DNA of 63,330 bases, filler included. It is 5 parts of 5 records of this genome, joined end to end, with 100 filler letters (N's around TTAATTAATTAA, not from the genome) between each part and the next. Parts side by side here need not be neighbours in the genome. Positions count along the whole stretch, not along the records: positions 25,426 to 43,244 come from DRR723986_3986; 4 more parts are not named here. One strand, 5' to 3'. Position numbers and translations under genes: made by a program. Positions within the stretch are counted from its first letter, which is position 1; each line of letters opens with the position of its first letter. Shown here piece by piece: positions 31,160 through 40,443 of the stretch. The notes beneath the pieces were generated by a model. It made no database searches and was not told the origin of the DNA. It was given only the letters and a program-made list of their open reading frames with translations.

Positions 31160-32206
31160 TTAACTCTTAACGTCTGCCGCCACGATATTATCGTATTGTT
31201 TAAGGTCGCGTTGCAGCGTTTTGCCGTCCAGGTCGGCAAATGCGCGCGGCGAGAGGCCATTGACGTCATTGCGGATAAACTGCACATCGTCGCGGCTTAA
31301 AGTCTCACCTGCCGCAAGGTCACGTGCGGCTACGATACTCTTCTTCTGGAAGGTTCTGTAGCGCAGGTCACTTTCGTCAAAGGGTTTAACATTGCGGTTG
31401 CCCAGCGCAGCCGCGCCGGTGTGCATACGCGTCACATAAGCCGCAAACTCTGCCGGCTCCAACGCTGCCTGGAAATCGGTGTCGGTTGTTTTGCGGTCCA
31501 TGCAGATGTGTTTTTCCAGGATCTGCGCACCAACGCCGATAGCGACCAGGTCTGTGTGCCCGGCGAATTCCAGCTCGGCGTCCGTATGATCGGCATACCC
31601 AACCGGCAAGCCAAAAACGTCGCGCAGCAGATGCAGCTTGGCAATGTGCAGATTGTCAATCACCGTTGGAAAGTTCTGCACGCCATACATCAGCACAACG
31701 TCCCGCGCACCTTCATCGGCAACTTCACGCAGGGCTGCGCCAATCTCTTCCATCGTAGATGCACCGGTGCCCAGCGTAAATGGAATGCCCAGGTTGGCCG
31801 TGCCTTGAACAACATCCGGATTGGAGAGATCGGCGGAGTTGAGTTTAATCCCGTCGACTCCCAGCTCACGCGCCAGATCCACGCTGGGCGCGTCGTACAC
31901 GCAGGCCCACACGTCAATATTACGTGCGCGGCCATGATCGTATAGTTCGCGCCACTGCGCATCGCTAAACTCAATTGTTTTTAGCAGGCCATGTACAGCA
32001 TGCCGCGGCGTCACCACATGATCGGAGCGGAAAAATTGCAACTGCACTGCATCGGCCTTGGCCTCAGCAGCTGCGTCAATAATCTCACGCGCCTTGCCAA
32101 AATCACCGTCATGCGCACAGGCCATTTCGGCAATAATATATGGCCGCAGATGTGGCGCAATTTTTACAGCGCCATTGACTTCAATTGTGTGGTTAAACAC
32201 GTGCAT
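31160..32206 (-). CDS. Second, divergent NeuB-family synthase
   Basis: IAEMACAHDG, VQLQF, GYADHT and LEKH; SAF domain. Confidence 0.88.
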   Translation of the reverse strand: MHVFNHTIEVNGAVKIAPHLRPYIIAEMACAHDGDFGKAREIIDAAAEAKADAVQLQFFRSDHVVTPRHAVHGLLKTIEFSDAQWRELYDHGRARNIDVWACVYDAPSVDLARELGVDGIKLNSADLSNPDVVQGTANLGIPFTLGTGASTMEEIGAALREVADEGARDVVLMYGVQNFPTVIDNLHIAKLHLLRDVFGLPVGYADHTDAELEFAGHTDLVAIGVGAQILEKHICMDRKTTDTDFQAALEPAEFAAYVTRMHTGAAALGNRNVKPFDESDLRYRTFQKKSIVAARDLAAGETLSRDDVQFIRNDVNGLSPRAFADLDGKTLQRDLKQYDNIVAADVKS

Positions 32207-32247
32207 GCTGACTTCTCCCGATTAAACAAATTCCAGACGAGATAAGA

Positions 32248-33180
32248 TTAAACCCAACCGTTCTTCTGCATGACTGCCCGCAGCGTTTCACGCTGTTCAG
32301 GTAAGATGCGGCGCAACGGCGGACGCTCGTATGCGGGCATGAAACCTTTGATGTGCAGCGCTTCCTTGAGCGAAATATGCCAGCCCATCGGCACAACATC
32401 ACCAAAGTATGGCAGTTCGATGTTGTACACGATTTCATGCGCACCAGCGTAATCACCGTCAATCATCTTCTTAAAGAAGTCCAGCTCAATTTCCGGCTGA
32501 AAGTTTCCAATGCCGGCCAGGAAAGCACGCGCGCCATTCCAGTGATCACGCAGGTAACGGCTCATACCGCCACCGGCGCCAACAATCAATGCGCGGTCCG
32601 ATGTCTGTTTAACAATCTGGTTGCCATAACCGATGTCCAGGCTCTCCTCTTTCATGCCAATCACATTCGGAATATCCAGCAGACGCTGCAGCAAAGGCAG
32701 CGAATACTGTACCTGGCCGCCGCCCAGACCATTGCGCATCGGCATTTCATGCAGCATAATCGAGATGTCGACTGCTTTGGCGATTGTCTCGATGAATTCA
32801 TAGAGTGTATCGTCGCCATAATGACGCTCCGGATGATACACCAGCAGGATGTCGGCACCACAGTCTTTAGCGTGCTGTGCAAACTGAATGCAAGTGCGCG
32901 TGGAACCGGTCATCGGCGTAGATACAATTGTCTTGGCGCGGCCGTCGGCAGCGTCAACGACTGTCTTGTTAATCTTCAGCATTTCTTCTGTCGTTAACAA
33001 GTTAAACCGGCTGGTTCCCACGGTGCTCATGACGGTCTGGATGCCATTATCCGCCAGAAAACGTATGTAAGAATCCAAAGACGCATAGTCAACATCAAAT
33101 TCGGCGTTAAACGGCGTCGGCAGTGGAATCACCGGACCGGTAATTGACTGGCGCAGTTCGTCGTGGCTAAGTTTACTCAT
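32248..33180 (-). CDS. DHDPS/N-acetylneuraminate lyase superfamily protein
   Basis: PTPF...VDY start, GAD, NVIGMKEES (Schiff-base Lys) and RPPL. Confidence 0.85.
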   Translation of the reverse strand: MSKLSHDELRQSITGPVIPLPTPFNAEFDVDYASLDSYIRFLADNGIQTVMSTVGTSRFNLLTTEEMLKINKTVVDAADGRAKTIVSTPMTGSTRTCIQFAQHAKDCGADILLVYHPERHYGDDTLYEFIETIAKAVDISIMLHEMPMRNGLGGGQVQYSLPLLQRLLDIPNVIGMKEESLDIGYGNQIVKQTSDRALIVGAGGGMSRYLRDHWNGARAFLAGIGNFQPEIELDFFKKMIDGDYAGAHEIVYNIELPYFGDVVPMGWHISLKEALHIKGFMPAYERPPLRRILPEQRETLRAVMQKNGWV

Positions 33181-33893
33181 TGTCCTTGCTCCTTGTTTAA
33201 GAGTTGCGCCATCATACCTTCGGCTATTTGAAATTGGTACGGATAGTCAATGTCAAAGGAACGCTCAGGCGGCATTACATATGCCAGCATGCGCTCCTGG
33301 AAAAACGTCGAGCGTTCCAAAAACTGTTTAACATCTCCCAGGTAAATCGATCCATTGGGATGTAAACGTTTGCGGATATCCTGACTGCGAGTTGTCATGC
33401 CGTACGCCGCCGGGTCGACCATCGTAACACGCGGGTCGTCCTCGGTGCCGGGTTCCATGGCCAGCTGCGGCGGGAATTCGTATTCCACCACGCCCAGCAG
33501 AAAAGGCTCTTCGGGGTGTGCGTGAAACAGGTTGTAAGCATCGCGAATGTCTTCCGCCGTGCGGAAGGGGCAGGTAGGCAGTAGCGCCGCTACACTCTCG
33601 TACTTCCCGGAATTTTCGGGGCGCAGCAGAAATTCTTCCACGACTTCAACCATGCGGATTTTATCACCACACAGATGCGGCGGCCGGTGGTCAACTTCAA
33701 TTCCCTCGGCACGCGCCAGGTCAGCTATCTCTGCGTCTTCGGTCGAGACGATGATCCGCTCAAACACGTCGGCTTCACGCGCCGAACGCAGCGAATAGGC
33801 CAGCAGTGGCACACCTGCCAAAGGCAGCACATTTTTACGTGGAATTCGCTTGGAGCCGCCACGCGCAGGGATAATGCAAACAGTCGAACTCAT
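33177..33893 (-). CDS. CMP-nonulosonic acid synthetase (NeuA/PseF family)
   Basis: IIPARGGSKRIPRKN, VSTED, RSQD and DID motifs. Confidence 0.95.
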   Translation of the reverse strand: MSSTVCIIPARGGSKRIPRKNVLPLAGVPLLAYSLRSAREADVFERIIVSTEDAEIADLARAEGIEVDHRPPHLCGDKIRMVEVVEEFLLRPENSGKYESVAALLPTCPFRTAEDIRDAYNLFHAHPEEPFLLGVVEYEFPPQLAMEPGTEDDPRVTMVDPAAYGMTTRSQDIRKRLHPNGSIYLGDVKQFLERSTFFQERMLAYVMPPERSFDIDYPYQFQIAEGMMAQLLNKEQGQ

Positions 33894-33915
33894 ATGTTAA
33901 CCCTCAGTCAATTTT

Positions 33916-34728
33916 TCAGATCGTCGGTTCTTCGTTCAGGATGCGGCGGGCCGGAACCTTGCCGGAAAAGCGTGCCGGATTAATTGGAAACTCATGCCAC
34001 CATTGTTTGGAAAGTGGCCGCGGCTTGTATACCGGCATTGGATCCGTATGACTGTGGCCGCGCATCACCATGCGCTCCTGCCCCGGCTGCACAATTCCGC
34101 CACGATGGTATCCATCCGTGTCAAATATGATCATCGTGCCGGCAGCGCCTTCGATAGGAATGGCCTTTTCAACCATCTCTTTTTCTGTTGTCGTATTGCC
34201 AATCGCCTGCACCTTGCCGCCATGCCGCAAATGCTCATTGGCCAGCTGCCGGCCAATTTTATGCGAGGTTGGAACGAAGTGGAATGCCCCGCTATCTTTA
34301 GTAGTATCCAGCAGATAGAGGAAAAATTTCAGGGAAAGAATCTTGTCAAAATGCAGTGGATTAATCGGGTCAGCATGTGGCTTGTCATTCGTCACATAAA
34401 TGTCATTGTTAACCAGATTGGGTGTCCCCAGGTATTGATCCGTCAACACCTTCATCATGTCGTCATCAAAGGTGCGCCAGAAAATGGGGAATTTGGACTT
34501 GTCAATTCCAAGGCGGTGCACCGAAAGTGCACGGCCATGCGCGTAGTTAACATTCCGTAGCCAGTCGCCCTTGACATTAAACAGCTCTTCAAACTCATCG
34601 CGCAGAACTGAAATTTCATTTGCAGGCACAAAATTCGGGATATGGACAATGCCGTACTCCCGCAGAACAGCAAGAGTCTTGTCAATTCCCGCATCGCGCG
34701 ATAGCGTAAAGTCATATTCTGTTTGCAT
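33916..34728 (-). CDS. PhyH-family Fe(II)/2-oxoglutarate dioxygenase
   Basis: EYGIVHI, LHFD (HxD), GAFHFVPTSH and HRG...R. Confidence 0.85.
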   Translation of the reverse strand: MQTEYDFTLSRDAGIDKTLAVLREYGIVHIPNFVPANEISVLRDEFEELFNVKGDWLRNVNYAHGRALSVHRLGIDKSKFPIFWRTFDDDMMKVLTDQYLGTPNLVNNDIYVTNDKPHADPINPLHFDKILSLKFFLYLLDTTKDSGAFHFVPTSHKIGRQLANEHLRHGGKVQAIGNTTTEKEMVEKAIPIEGAAGTMIIFDTDGYHRGGIVQPGQERMVMRGHSHTDPMPVYKPRPLSKQWWHEFPINPARFSGKVPARRILNEEPTI

Positions 34729-34879
34729 ACTCTACTCCACGAAATTCAAAAACACGTGATTAGTTGCTTGTCGGGTCTGCCGGTTGGTCCAGGTTCGTCA
34801 GCATTTCAACAGCTCAAATTTGCATCTGCCGCCGCCCACAAATCTAACAACAAGCCGGCAAGGTGACGCGGTCGATATC

Positions 34880-36682
34880 CTAGCCAATATTTTGTAGTTC
34901 CACCATTTTGCGGAACTTGGAGCCATCAACAGCTACGAGTTCTTCAAAGCTGCCCTGCTCCACAATGCGCCCCTGATCGAGCACATAAATGAAGTCACTA
35001 TTGCGAATGGTACTTAAACGGTGTGCAATGATTACCACCGTCGTTTTACCCTTCAGGCTGTCGATACTTTTTTGAATCTTCTGTTCCGATTCCGTATCCA
35101 GAGCACTCGTAGCTTCATCCAGCAGCAAAAGCTCGGGACTGCGGAATAACTCGCGCGCAATTGCCAAACGCTGGCGCTGGCCACCGCTCAGCTTAACCCC
35201 ACGGTCACCAATTGCCGTATCGTAGGAATCTTCAAATCCTTCTATGAATTCAGCTGCAAAGGCCTGCTGCGCAGCTTCCTTGACGCGCCGGCGGCACTCC
35301 GCATCACCTGCTTCACAGGCCCAGAGACTGATGTTGTTGGCGACGCTGTCATCAAACACCACATTTTCCTGGGACACATACGCTACTTTGCTGCGGAAAG
35401 TCTCGTAGTTAATCTCTGAACCTTTAACACCGTCGATATCAATCGTCCCGCTTTTGGGCCGCAGCACGCCGGTTAACATGTCCAGAATGGTTGACTTGCC
35501 CGAACCGGATTCACCTACCAGCGCAATCGTGCGATTCTTGGGAATCGAAATCGAAATATCATCGAGAACTAATTTTTCATCGTAGCTGAAAGACACATTT
35601 CGCATCTCAATGCCTTCGTCGATGTGCTCAACAGCTTGTGGCCCATGTTCTTCCGGCTCTTGTCCTACTTCTTGCAGCGCGCGGTTGATTGTATCCAATC
35701 CACCAATCGTTCCCGAAAACTGCTGCCAGGTCGTCTGGAAACCCATCACATTCATCATCAGACGGAAGAGCAGCAGAATGTTAACCGTAATCGCGCCCAC
35801 CGGACGGTCCAGCACACCAACATAGACTCCAATTAACAGCACAATAAAGTAGATCACCAATGGCTCGGCGACCGCCTTGAGAATTGCCAGTGAACTGTGA
35901 ATCTTAAAGGTATGATGTGAGAGTTCGTCAATATTGCGCGAAGTCTGCCCGGTGAACTTGTCCAGGCTGCGCGTCGAGCGCAGATACTTAAACGACTGGA
36001 AGGCTTGAATCAGCAAGGCATTAAAAAGACCATGCGACTTGGAATATTTGATTGAATGTGTTTTGGACCGCTCGGATATCGGCTTAAACACATACAAAAT
36101 CAACAAACCGTAGACAATTGAGATACAGGTTATCTGCCAGCTGAACAAGAATGAATAGACCAGCAGCGAAAGGATCGTCGCCACCTGTACCATGGTAAGC
36201 GTGAAATAACGGAAGGATCGAATCGCCCGGTCAACTTCATGTGTTATCACATTCGTCAGCGAACCCGTATTCTGGCGTGTGTAAAACAGATAACTCATCT
36301 GGAAGAATTTTCCGATCAGATCCTTACGCATCCCCTTAAACACAACTACACCCGTTAAGTGTGCATTGTACACACCTTCAGCATATTTCACCAGCCCCTT
36401 AAACGTAAAGATGCCGATGATAAATATCGCCGTAGTCATCTGATTAAAGGTCAGGCCAAAATACTCGTAGATGCTCGCCAATACCGCTGCCATTCCCGTC
36501 GGTTCGCCCGACATCGTTTCGGCAGAAATAAGCGGCAGGAAAAATGCCAGACCAATGCCCTCCAGCTGCGCAGCCGCAACTGCCAACAGCAGGACAATGT
36601 AGATGCGTTTGCCCACATAGGGTTCGTAAACCTTGTGGTACTTTAACAGCGTCGATATAATTGGAATATGTGGCTTTGCCAT
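34880..36682 (-). CDS. ABC transporter TMD+NBD (PglK/WlaB-like glycan flippase)
   Basis: N-terminal TM domain; GESGSGKS, LSGGQRQR, LDEATSALD and IAHR. Confidence 0.92.
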   Translation of the reverse strand: MAKPHIPIISTLLKYHKVYEPYVGKRIYIVLLLAVAAAQLEGIGLAFFLPLISAETMSGEPTGMAAVLASIYEYFGLTFNQMTTAIFIIGIFTFKGLVKYAEGVYNAHLTGVVVFKGMRKDLIGKFFQMSYLFYTRQNTGSLTNVITHEVDRAIRSFRYFTLTMVQVATILSLLVYSFLFSWQITCISIVYGLLILYVFKPISERSKTHSIKYSKSHGLFNALLIQAFQSFKYLRSTRSLDKFTGQTSRNIDELSHHTFKIHSSLAILKAVAEPLVIYFIVLLIGVYVGVLDRPVGAITVNILLLFRLMMNVMGFQTTWQQFSGTIGGLDTINRALQEVGQEPEEHGPQAVEHIDEGIEMRNVSFSYDEKLVLDDISISIPKNRTIALVGESGSGKSTILDMLTGVLRPKSGTIDIDGVKGSEINYETFRSKVAYVSQENVVFDDSVANNISLWACEAGDAECRRRVKEAAQQAFAAEFIEGFEDSYDTAIGDRGVKLSGGQRQRLAIARELFRSPELLLLDEATSALDTESEQKIQKSIDSLKGKTTVVIIAHRLSTIRNSDFIYVLDQGRIVEQGSFEELVAVDGSKFRKMVELQNIG

Positions 36683-36699
36683 GCTCGTTTTGCCTCAGC

Positions 36700-37356
36700 T
36701 CAGGCTTCCGGTCGTTCTTCCGGCTCAACAGAATTTTCGGGATTGTTATCAGCAGCGGCATCACCGACTGCGCCATTTTTGGCTTGGTTCTGGGCAGCGG
36801 ACGCACTCTGAGCAGCGGATGCATTAACTTCACTCTTCCACACCACCAGCGCATTTTCGATGCTCAGATTGTCTTTCAGCTCTTCCAGTTCTGCGCGGCT
36901 CAGCACCAAAACGCGAACCTTGCGTTTGATGATTTTTTCTGTGCGCTTCACCAAATGCAGCAAGTATTTTTGCTCTATCTCACCCACAATTACCAGGTCG
37001 ATTATGCCGGTATCTTTGCCCGCCGCATAGTCGCCCGTAATCAGCGCCAGCTCCACCGTCCCCAGCTTTTGCACAATTTCCACGACCTTGTCAATGCCCA
37101 GATACTTTTGTACCAGGCTCTGCAATTCGGGGAACAAGGTGTGACTGGTATTGGCGCGGTAGAGTTTCGTCCGCCCTTCACTCGCGGAATCCAGCAGCCC
37201 GGCCTCTGAGAGTCGATTCAGTTCTACGCGCACGGCATTAGTCGACTCGCCCAACTCATCCGCCAGGCCACGCAGATAGGCCTGCGTCTCAGCATTGGAG
37301 AAGAACTTCAGCAGAAGTTTGATTCTTGTCTTGGATGTAATCAGTGAGTCGAGCAA
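36700..37356 (-). CDS. ArsR-like winged-helix regulator with C-terminal nucleotidyltransferase-like domain
   Basis: LITSKTRIKLL...YLRGLA...ESTNAVRVELNRL and GDYAAGKDTGIIDL; family commonly heads polysaccharide loci. Confidence 0.85.
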   Translation of the reverse strand: MLDSLITSKTRIKLLLKFFSNAETQAYLRGLADELGESTNAVRVELNRLSEAGLLDSASEGRTKLYRANTSHTLFPELQSLVQKYLGIDKVVEIVQKLGTVELALITGDYAAGKDTGIIDLVIVGEIEQKYLLHLVKRTEKIIKRKVRVLVLSRAELEELKDNLSIENALVVWKSEVNASAAQSASAAQNQAKNGAVGDAAADNNPENSVEPEERPEA

Positions 37357-37396
37357 AATATCCGCTACATTAGTTGTCGGAGATCACAACGCTTAT

Positions 37397-37415
37397 CGAG
37401 TAGCAAACTTACTCG
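37397..37415. promoter_or_regulatory. Palindromic operator CGAGTA-N7-TACTCG
   Basis: Perfect 6-bp arms about 40 bp upstream of the regulator start. Confidence 0.6.
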
Positions 37416-37834
37416 TTATTGATGCATTTTCCAAACCAATTTGCATCGCACATGCGGTGAGGAGCGCTTTGAGCCGCCTTTTCCACTTGCAGTGGGCGTC
37501 TCAGGCTTGTTTGAGTTTCTTGTTAGTCACTGATTCCGCAGCTCAAATTCGCACAGTCTGTCAATCAGCAATTCAGCCGCGCAGGCTTCAGCCTCAAGGC
37601 ACAAGCCGCCGGCCTCAAAGATTAGTCGTTCAACGGTGGACTCAACAACTTCCAGCTTGTGATGCAGCGACAAACAAGATGGCCTTTAAAGCAAGGCCGC
37701 CGGCCGAAGCTCTGCTTTCCAAACAATCAGTTGTAGCAGCGAAACCGTTTGAGCATAAAAGCGAGCTGTTTTAAAAAAATTAGATAGATTATCGCACCTC
37801 CAAGCCATACTCAATGAACTTTATCGAGGAATGT

Positions 37835-38257
37835 ATGAATCCTATTTTTAAGAATATTCTCGCAATCGTTGCCGGTGTGATCGGTGGCAGCATCGTGAAT
37901 ATGGGAATTGTGATTGTTGGTCATTTCATTTTTGGAGCTCCCGAGGGTGTTGACCCGATGGACCCGGAAAGCATTGCCGCCAACCTTCACCTCTATGAGT
38001 TTCAGCATTTTATAGCACCATTTTTGGCACATGCGCTCGGCACCTTGGTCGGCGCGCTGTTAACAGCTATGATTGCTGCCAACCGCAAGATGATGTACGC
38101 CCTGATTATCGGCGTCTGGTTTATGATTGGCGGCATTATTGCGATTGTAATGAATGGCGGCCCGATGGCTTACATCGTTGCAGACCTGGCCCTGGCGTAT
38201 ATTCCGATGGCCTGGCTTGGTGCTAAACTCGGCGGAGCAGGCAAAGAACAGGTTTAA
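37835..38257 (+). CDS. Hypothetical 4-TM membrane protein
   Basis: GAGGA RBS; PFLAHALGT and DLALAYIPMA; hydrophobic. Confidence 0.85.
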   Translation: MNPIFKNILAIVAGVIGGSIVNMGIVIVGHFIFGAPEGVDPMDPESIAANLHLYEFQHFIAPFLAHALGTLVGALLTAMIAANRKMMYALIIGVWFMIGGIIAIVMNGGPMAYIVADLALAYIPMAWLGAKLGGAGKEQV

Positions 38258-38320
38258 CAGCCGCCGCAGATTGAGACATTAACAGTTGGATACCGCACTG
38301 TAGATAAGCTTTAGAACCAC

Positions 38321-38352
38321 AAAAGCCGCTCCCTCAGGGAAGCGGCTTTTTT
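38321..38352. terminator. Bidirectional terminator
   Basis: AAAAGCCGCT...AGCGGCTTTTTT between convergent genes. Confidence 0.85.
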
Positions 38353-38383
38353 ATTGGCTTCAATTTGGGTTTTCAGTTAACCC

Positions 38384-39160
38384 TCAGGCAGGTTTCAGTT
38401 CCAGATTCGCCAGACACAAAAAACCGTCGTCGTTCTTCAGCGTCGGTTTATTATATGCCAATGCCGCCGGACCGTTAAGTACCGCGCCGCCGGCAGCCTC
38501 AAGAATCGCCTGCCCGGCCGCCGAATCCCATTCCCAGGTCGGCCCATTGCGGAAGTACATGTGCGCGCGGCCTTCAGCCACCATACAGAACTTTAGGGAA
38601 GAGCCCACAGCCAGCGAGTCAACAACTTTGTGTTCACCAAAAAACTCGTCCTCAGCGTCCGTCGAATGTGAGCGACTTTTTACGGCCGTCAGCCCGGCGC
38701 TGAAATCCGTATTGGTTTTGATGGTAACACGTTCGCCGTTGGGACCGATCTTCCAAGCCTGACTGCCGTCCACAATTCCGGCGTAGAGCGTATCGAGCAC
38801 CGGCGCGTAAATCACACCAAGCACAGGTTTGCCGTCGCGAATCAAGGCAATGTTAACTGTGAATTCGCCATTGCGTTTAATAAACTCTTTGGTGCCGTCC
38901 AGCGGATCCACCAGCCAGAATTCTGTTAAGTCTTTGCGGTCGGCAAACGGCACGTCTTTGCCTTCTTCCGAAATCAGGGTAATCTGCGGATACCACTCCG
39001 TAAGTGCCGCCTTGATAATTTCATGCGAAGCCGTATCGGCGCGTGTTAAGGGCGAATCGTCACCTTTGTGTTCAACGCCAAAATCGTCGGAGCCGTACAC
39101 TTCCATGATTGCATCGCCGGCTTTGCGCGATAGCTCACTCAGTTTTTCTATATCAATCAT
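38384..39160 (-). CDS. cysQ: 3'(2'),5'-bisphosphate nucleotidase
   Basis: SPLTRAD, SEE, DPLDGTKEF, GSSLK and WDSAAG motifs. Confidence 0.95.
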   Translation of the reverse strand: MIDIEKLSELSRKAGDAIMEVYGSDDFGVEHKGDDSPLTRADTASHEIIKAALTEWYPQITLISEEGKDVPFADRKDLTEFWLVDPLDGTKEFIKRNGEFTVNIALIRDGKPVLGVIYAPVLDTLYAGIVDGSQAWKIGPNGERVTIKTNTDFSAGLTAVKSRSHSTDAEDEFFGEHKVVDSLAVGSSLKFCMVAEGRAHMYFRNGPTWEWDSAAGQAILEAAGGAVLNGPAALAYNKPTLKNDDGFLCLANLELKPA

Positions 39161-39179
39161 CTTATCCTCTGGATCACAT

Positions 39180-39224
39180 AAACGCGCAGGCTCCGGCTGT
39201 GACAACCGAAGCCTGCGCGTTTTT
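39180..39224. terminator. Strong intergenic hairpin between sat and cysQ
   Basis: 13-bp stem AAACGCGCAGGCT/AGCCTGCGCGTTT. Confidence 0.6.
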
Positions 39225-39264
39225 ACTTTGAATTCTTTGTTAATGTTAACAACGCGCCGCTAAC

Positions 39265-40419
39265 TCAGGCTTTGGTGGCCCACTCGATCAAACGCTGTGC
39301 TACTTCCGGACGCGAAAACTCAACCGGTGGCATTTCGCCGTCGGCAAGCATGGCGCGTACTTTTGTACCCGAAAGGAAGATGCGCTGGTCGGGGCTGCTC
39401 GGCGAAGTTTTGGCCGTAGCCATACCGCCCGTCAGTTTACACCAGAAGCTGTGCTCAAACATCATCGGCTTCAACTCAAAAGTATTCAGATCGAGCTGAC
39501 CGAAAATCTTCTGCGCGTCGTAGGTGCCGTAGTAGTTGCCTACACCAGCGTGGTCACGACCGACGATGAAGTGTGTACAGCCGTAGTTTTTGCGCATGAT
39601 GGCATGGAAGATAGCCTCACGTGGTCCGGCATAACGCATCGCCGCCGGCAGAACCGAAAGAGCTACGCGATCATCTGGGAAGTATTTATCCATCAGGATG
39701 TGGTAACAGTCCATGCGCACGTCGGCCGGAATGTCATCAGCTTTAGTCTCACCCACCAGCGGGTGAATCAGCAGACCGTCCACCGTCTCCAGTGCACATT
39801 TGATGATGTACTCATGTGCGCGGTGAATTGGGTTACGCGTCTGGAAAGCCACAATCGTTTCCCAGCCACGCTCAGCAAACAAGGCGCGCGTCTCTGCCGG
39901 TGTTAAGTTGTGCTCGGGGAAATCCAGTTCCGGCGTTTGGTTAACGTATTCGATTTCGCCGGCCAGCGTGTACGGACCGTGCTCATACATTTTGGCAACG
40001 CCCGGGTGTGCATCTTCGGTGGTGCCGTACACTTTTTGCGCTTCATTCTGCATGTCGCGCTCATATTTACCGGAAACTGTTACAACTGCCTGCTCTTTGC
40101 CGTCGGCGTCGATCAGTACAATCTTGTCGCCGTTGGCAGCCGCATTGTATTCGTCCTGCGATACCGGCAGCGTGATAGGAATCGAGAATGCTTCGCCGCT
40201 CGTCAGGTGCATGTTTTCAACAACGCCATTATAGTCGGCTTCGCTCATGAAACCACGCAGCGGGCTGAAGCCGCCAATGGCAATCATGTAAATATCGGAC
40301 AGCACGCGATTGCTGACCGTGATACGGCGCGCATCGCCAAGCTGCCCCAGCAGTGCCTGTGCCTGCTCAGCGTTTAAACGACGATCAACAAGAGTTCCAC
40401 CGTGCGGATTGATTGACAT
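39265..40419 (-). CDS. sat: Sulfate adenylyltransferase (Sat type)
   Basis: PHGG, FQTRNPIHRAHE, YAGPREA and VGRDHAG motifs. Confidence 0.97.
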   Translation of the reverse strand: MSINPHGGTLVDRRLNAEQAQALLGQLGDARRITVSNRVLSDIYMIAIGGFSPLRGFMSEADYNGVVENMHLTSGEAFSIPITLPVSQDEYNAAANGDKIVLIDADGKEQAVVTVSGKYERDMQNEAQKVYGTTEDAHPGVAKMYEHGPYTLAGEIEYVNQTPELDFPEHNLTPAETRALFAERGWETIVAFQTRNPIHRAHEYIIKCALETVDGLLIHPLVGETKADDIPADVRMDCYHILMDKYFPDDRVALSVLPAAMRYAGPREAIFHAIMRKNYGCTHFIVGRDHAGVGNYYGTYDAQKIFGQLDLNTFELKPMMFEHSFWCKLTGGMATAKTSPSSPDQRIFLSGTKVRAMLADGEMPPVEFSRPEVAQRLIEWATKA

Positions 40420-40443
40420 GCTCTGATCCCTACAATTAAGTCG

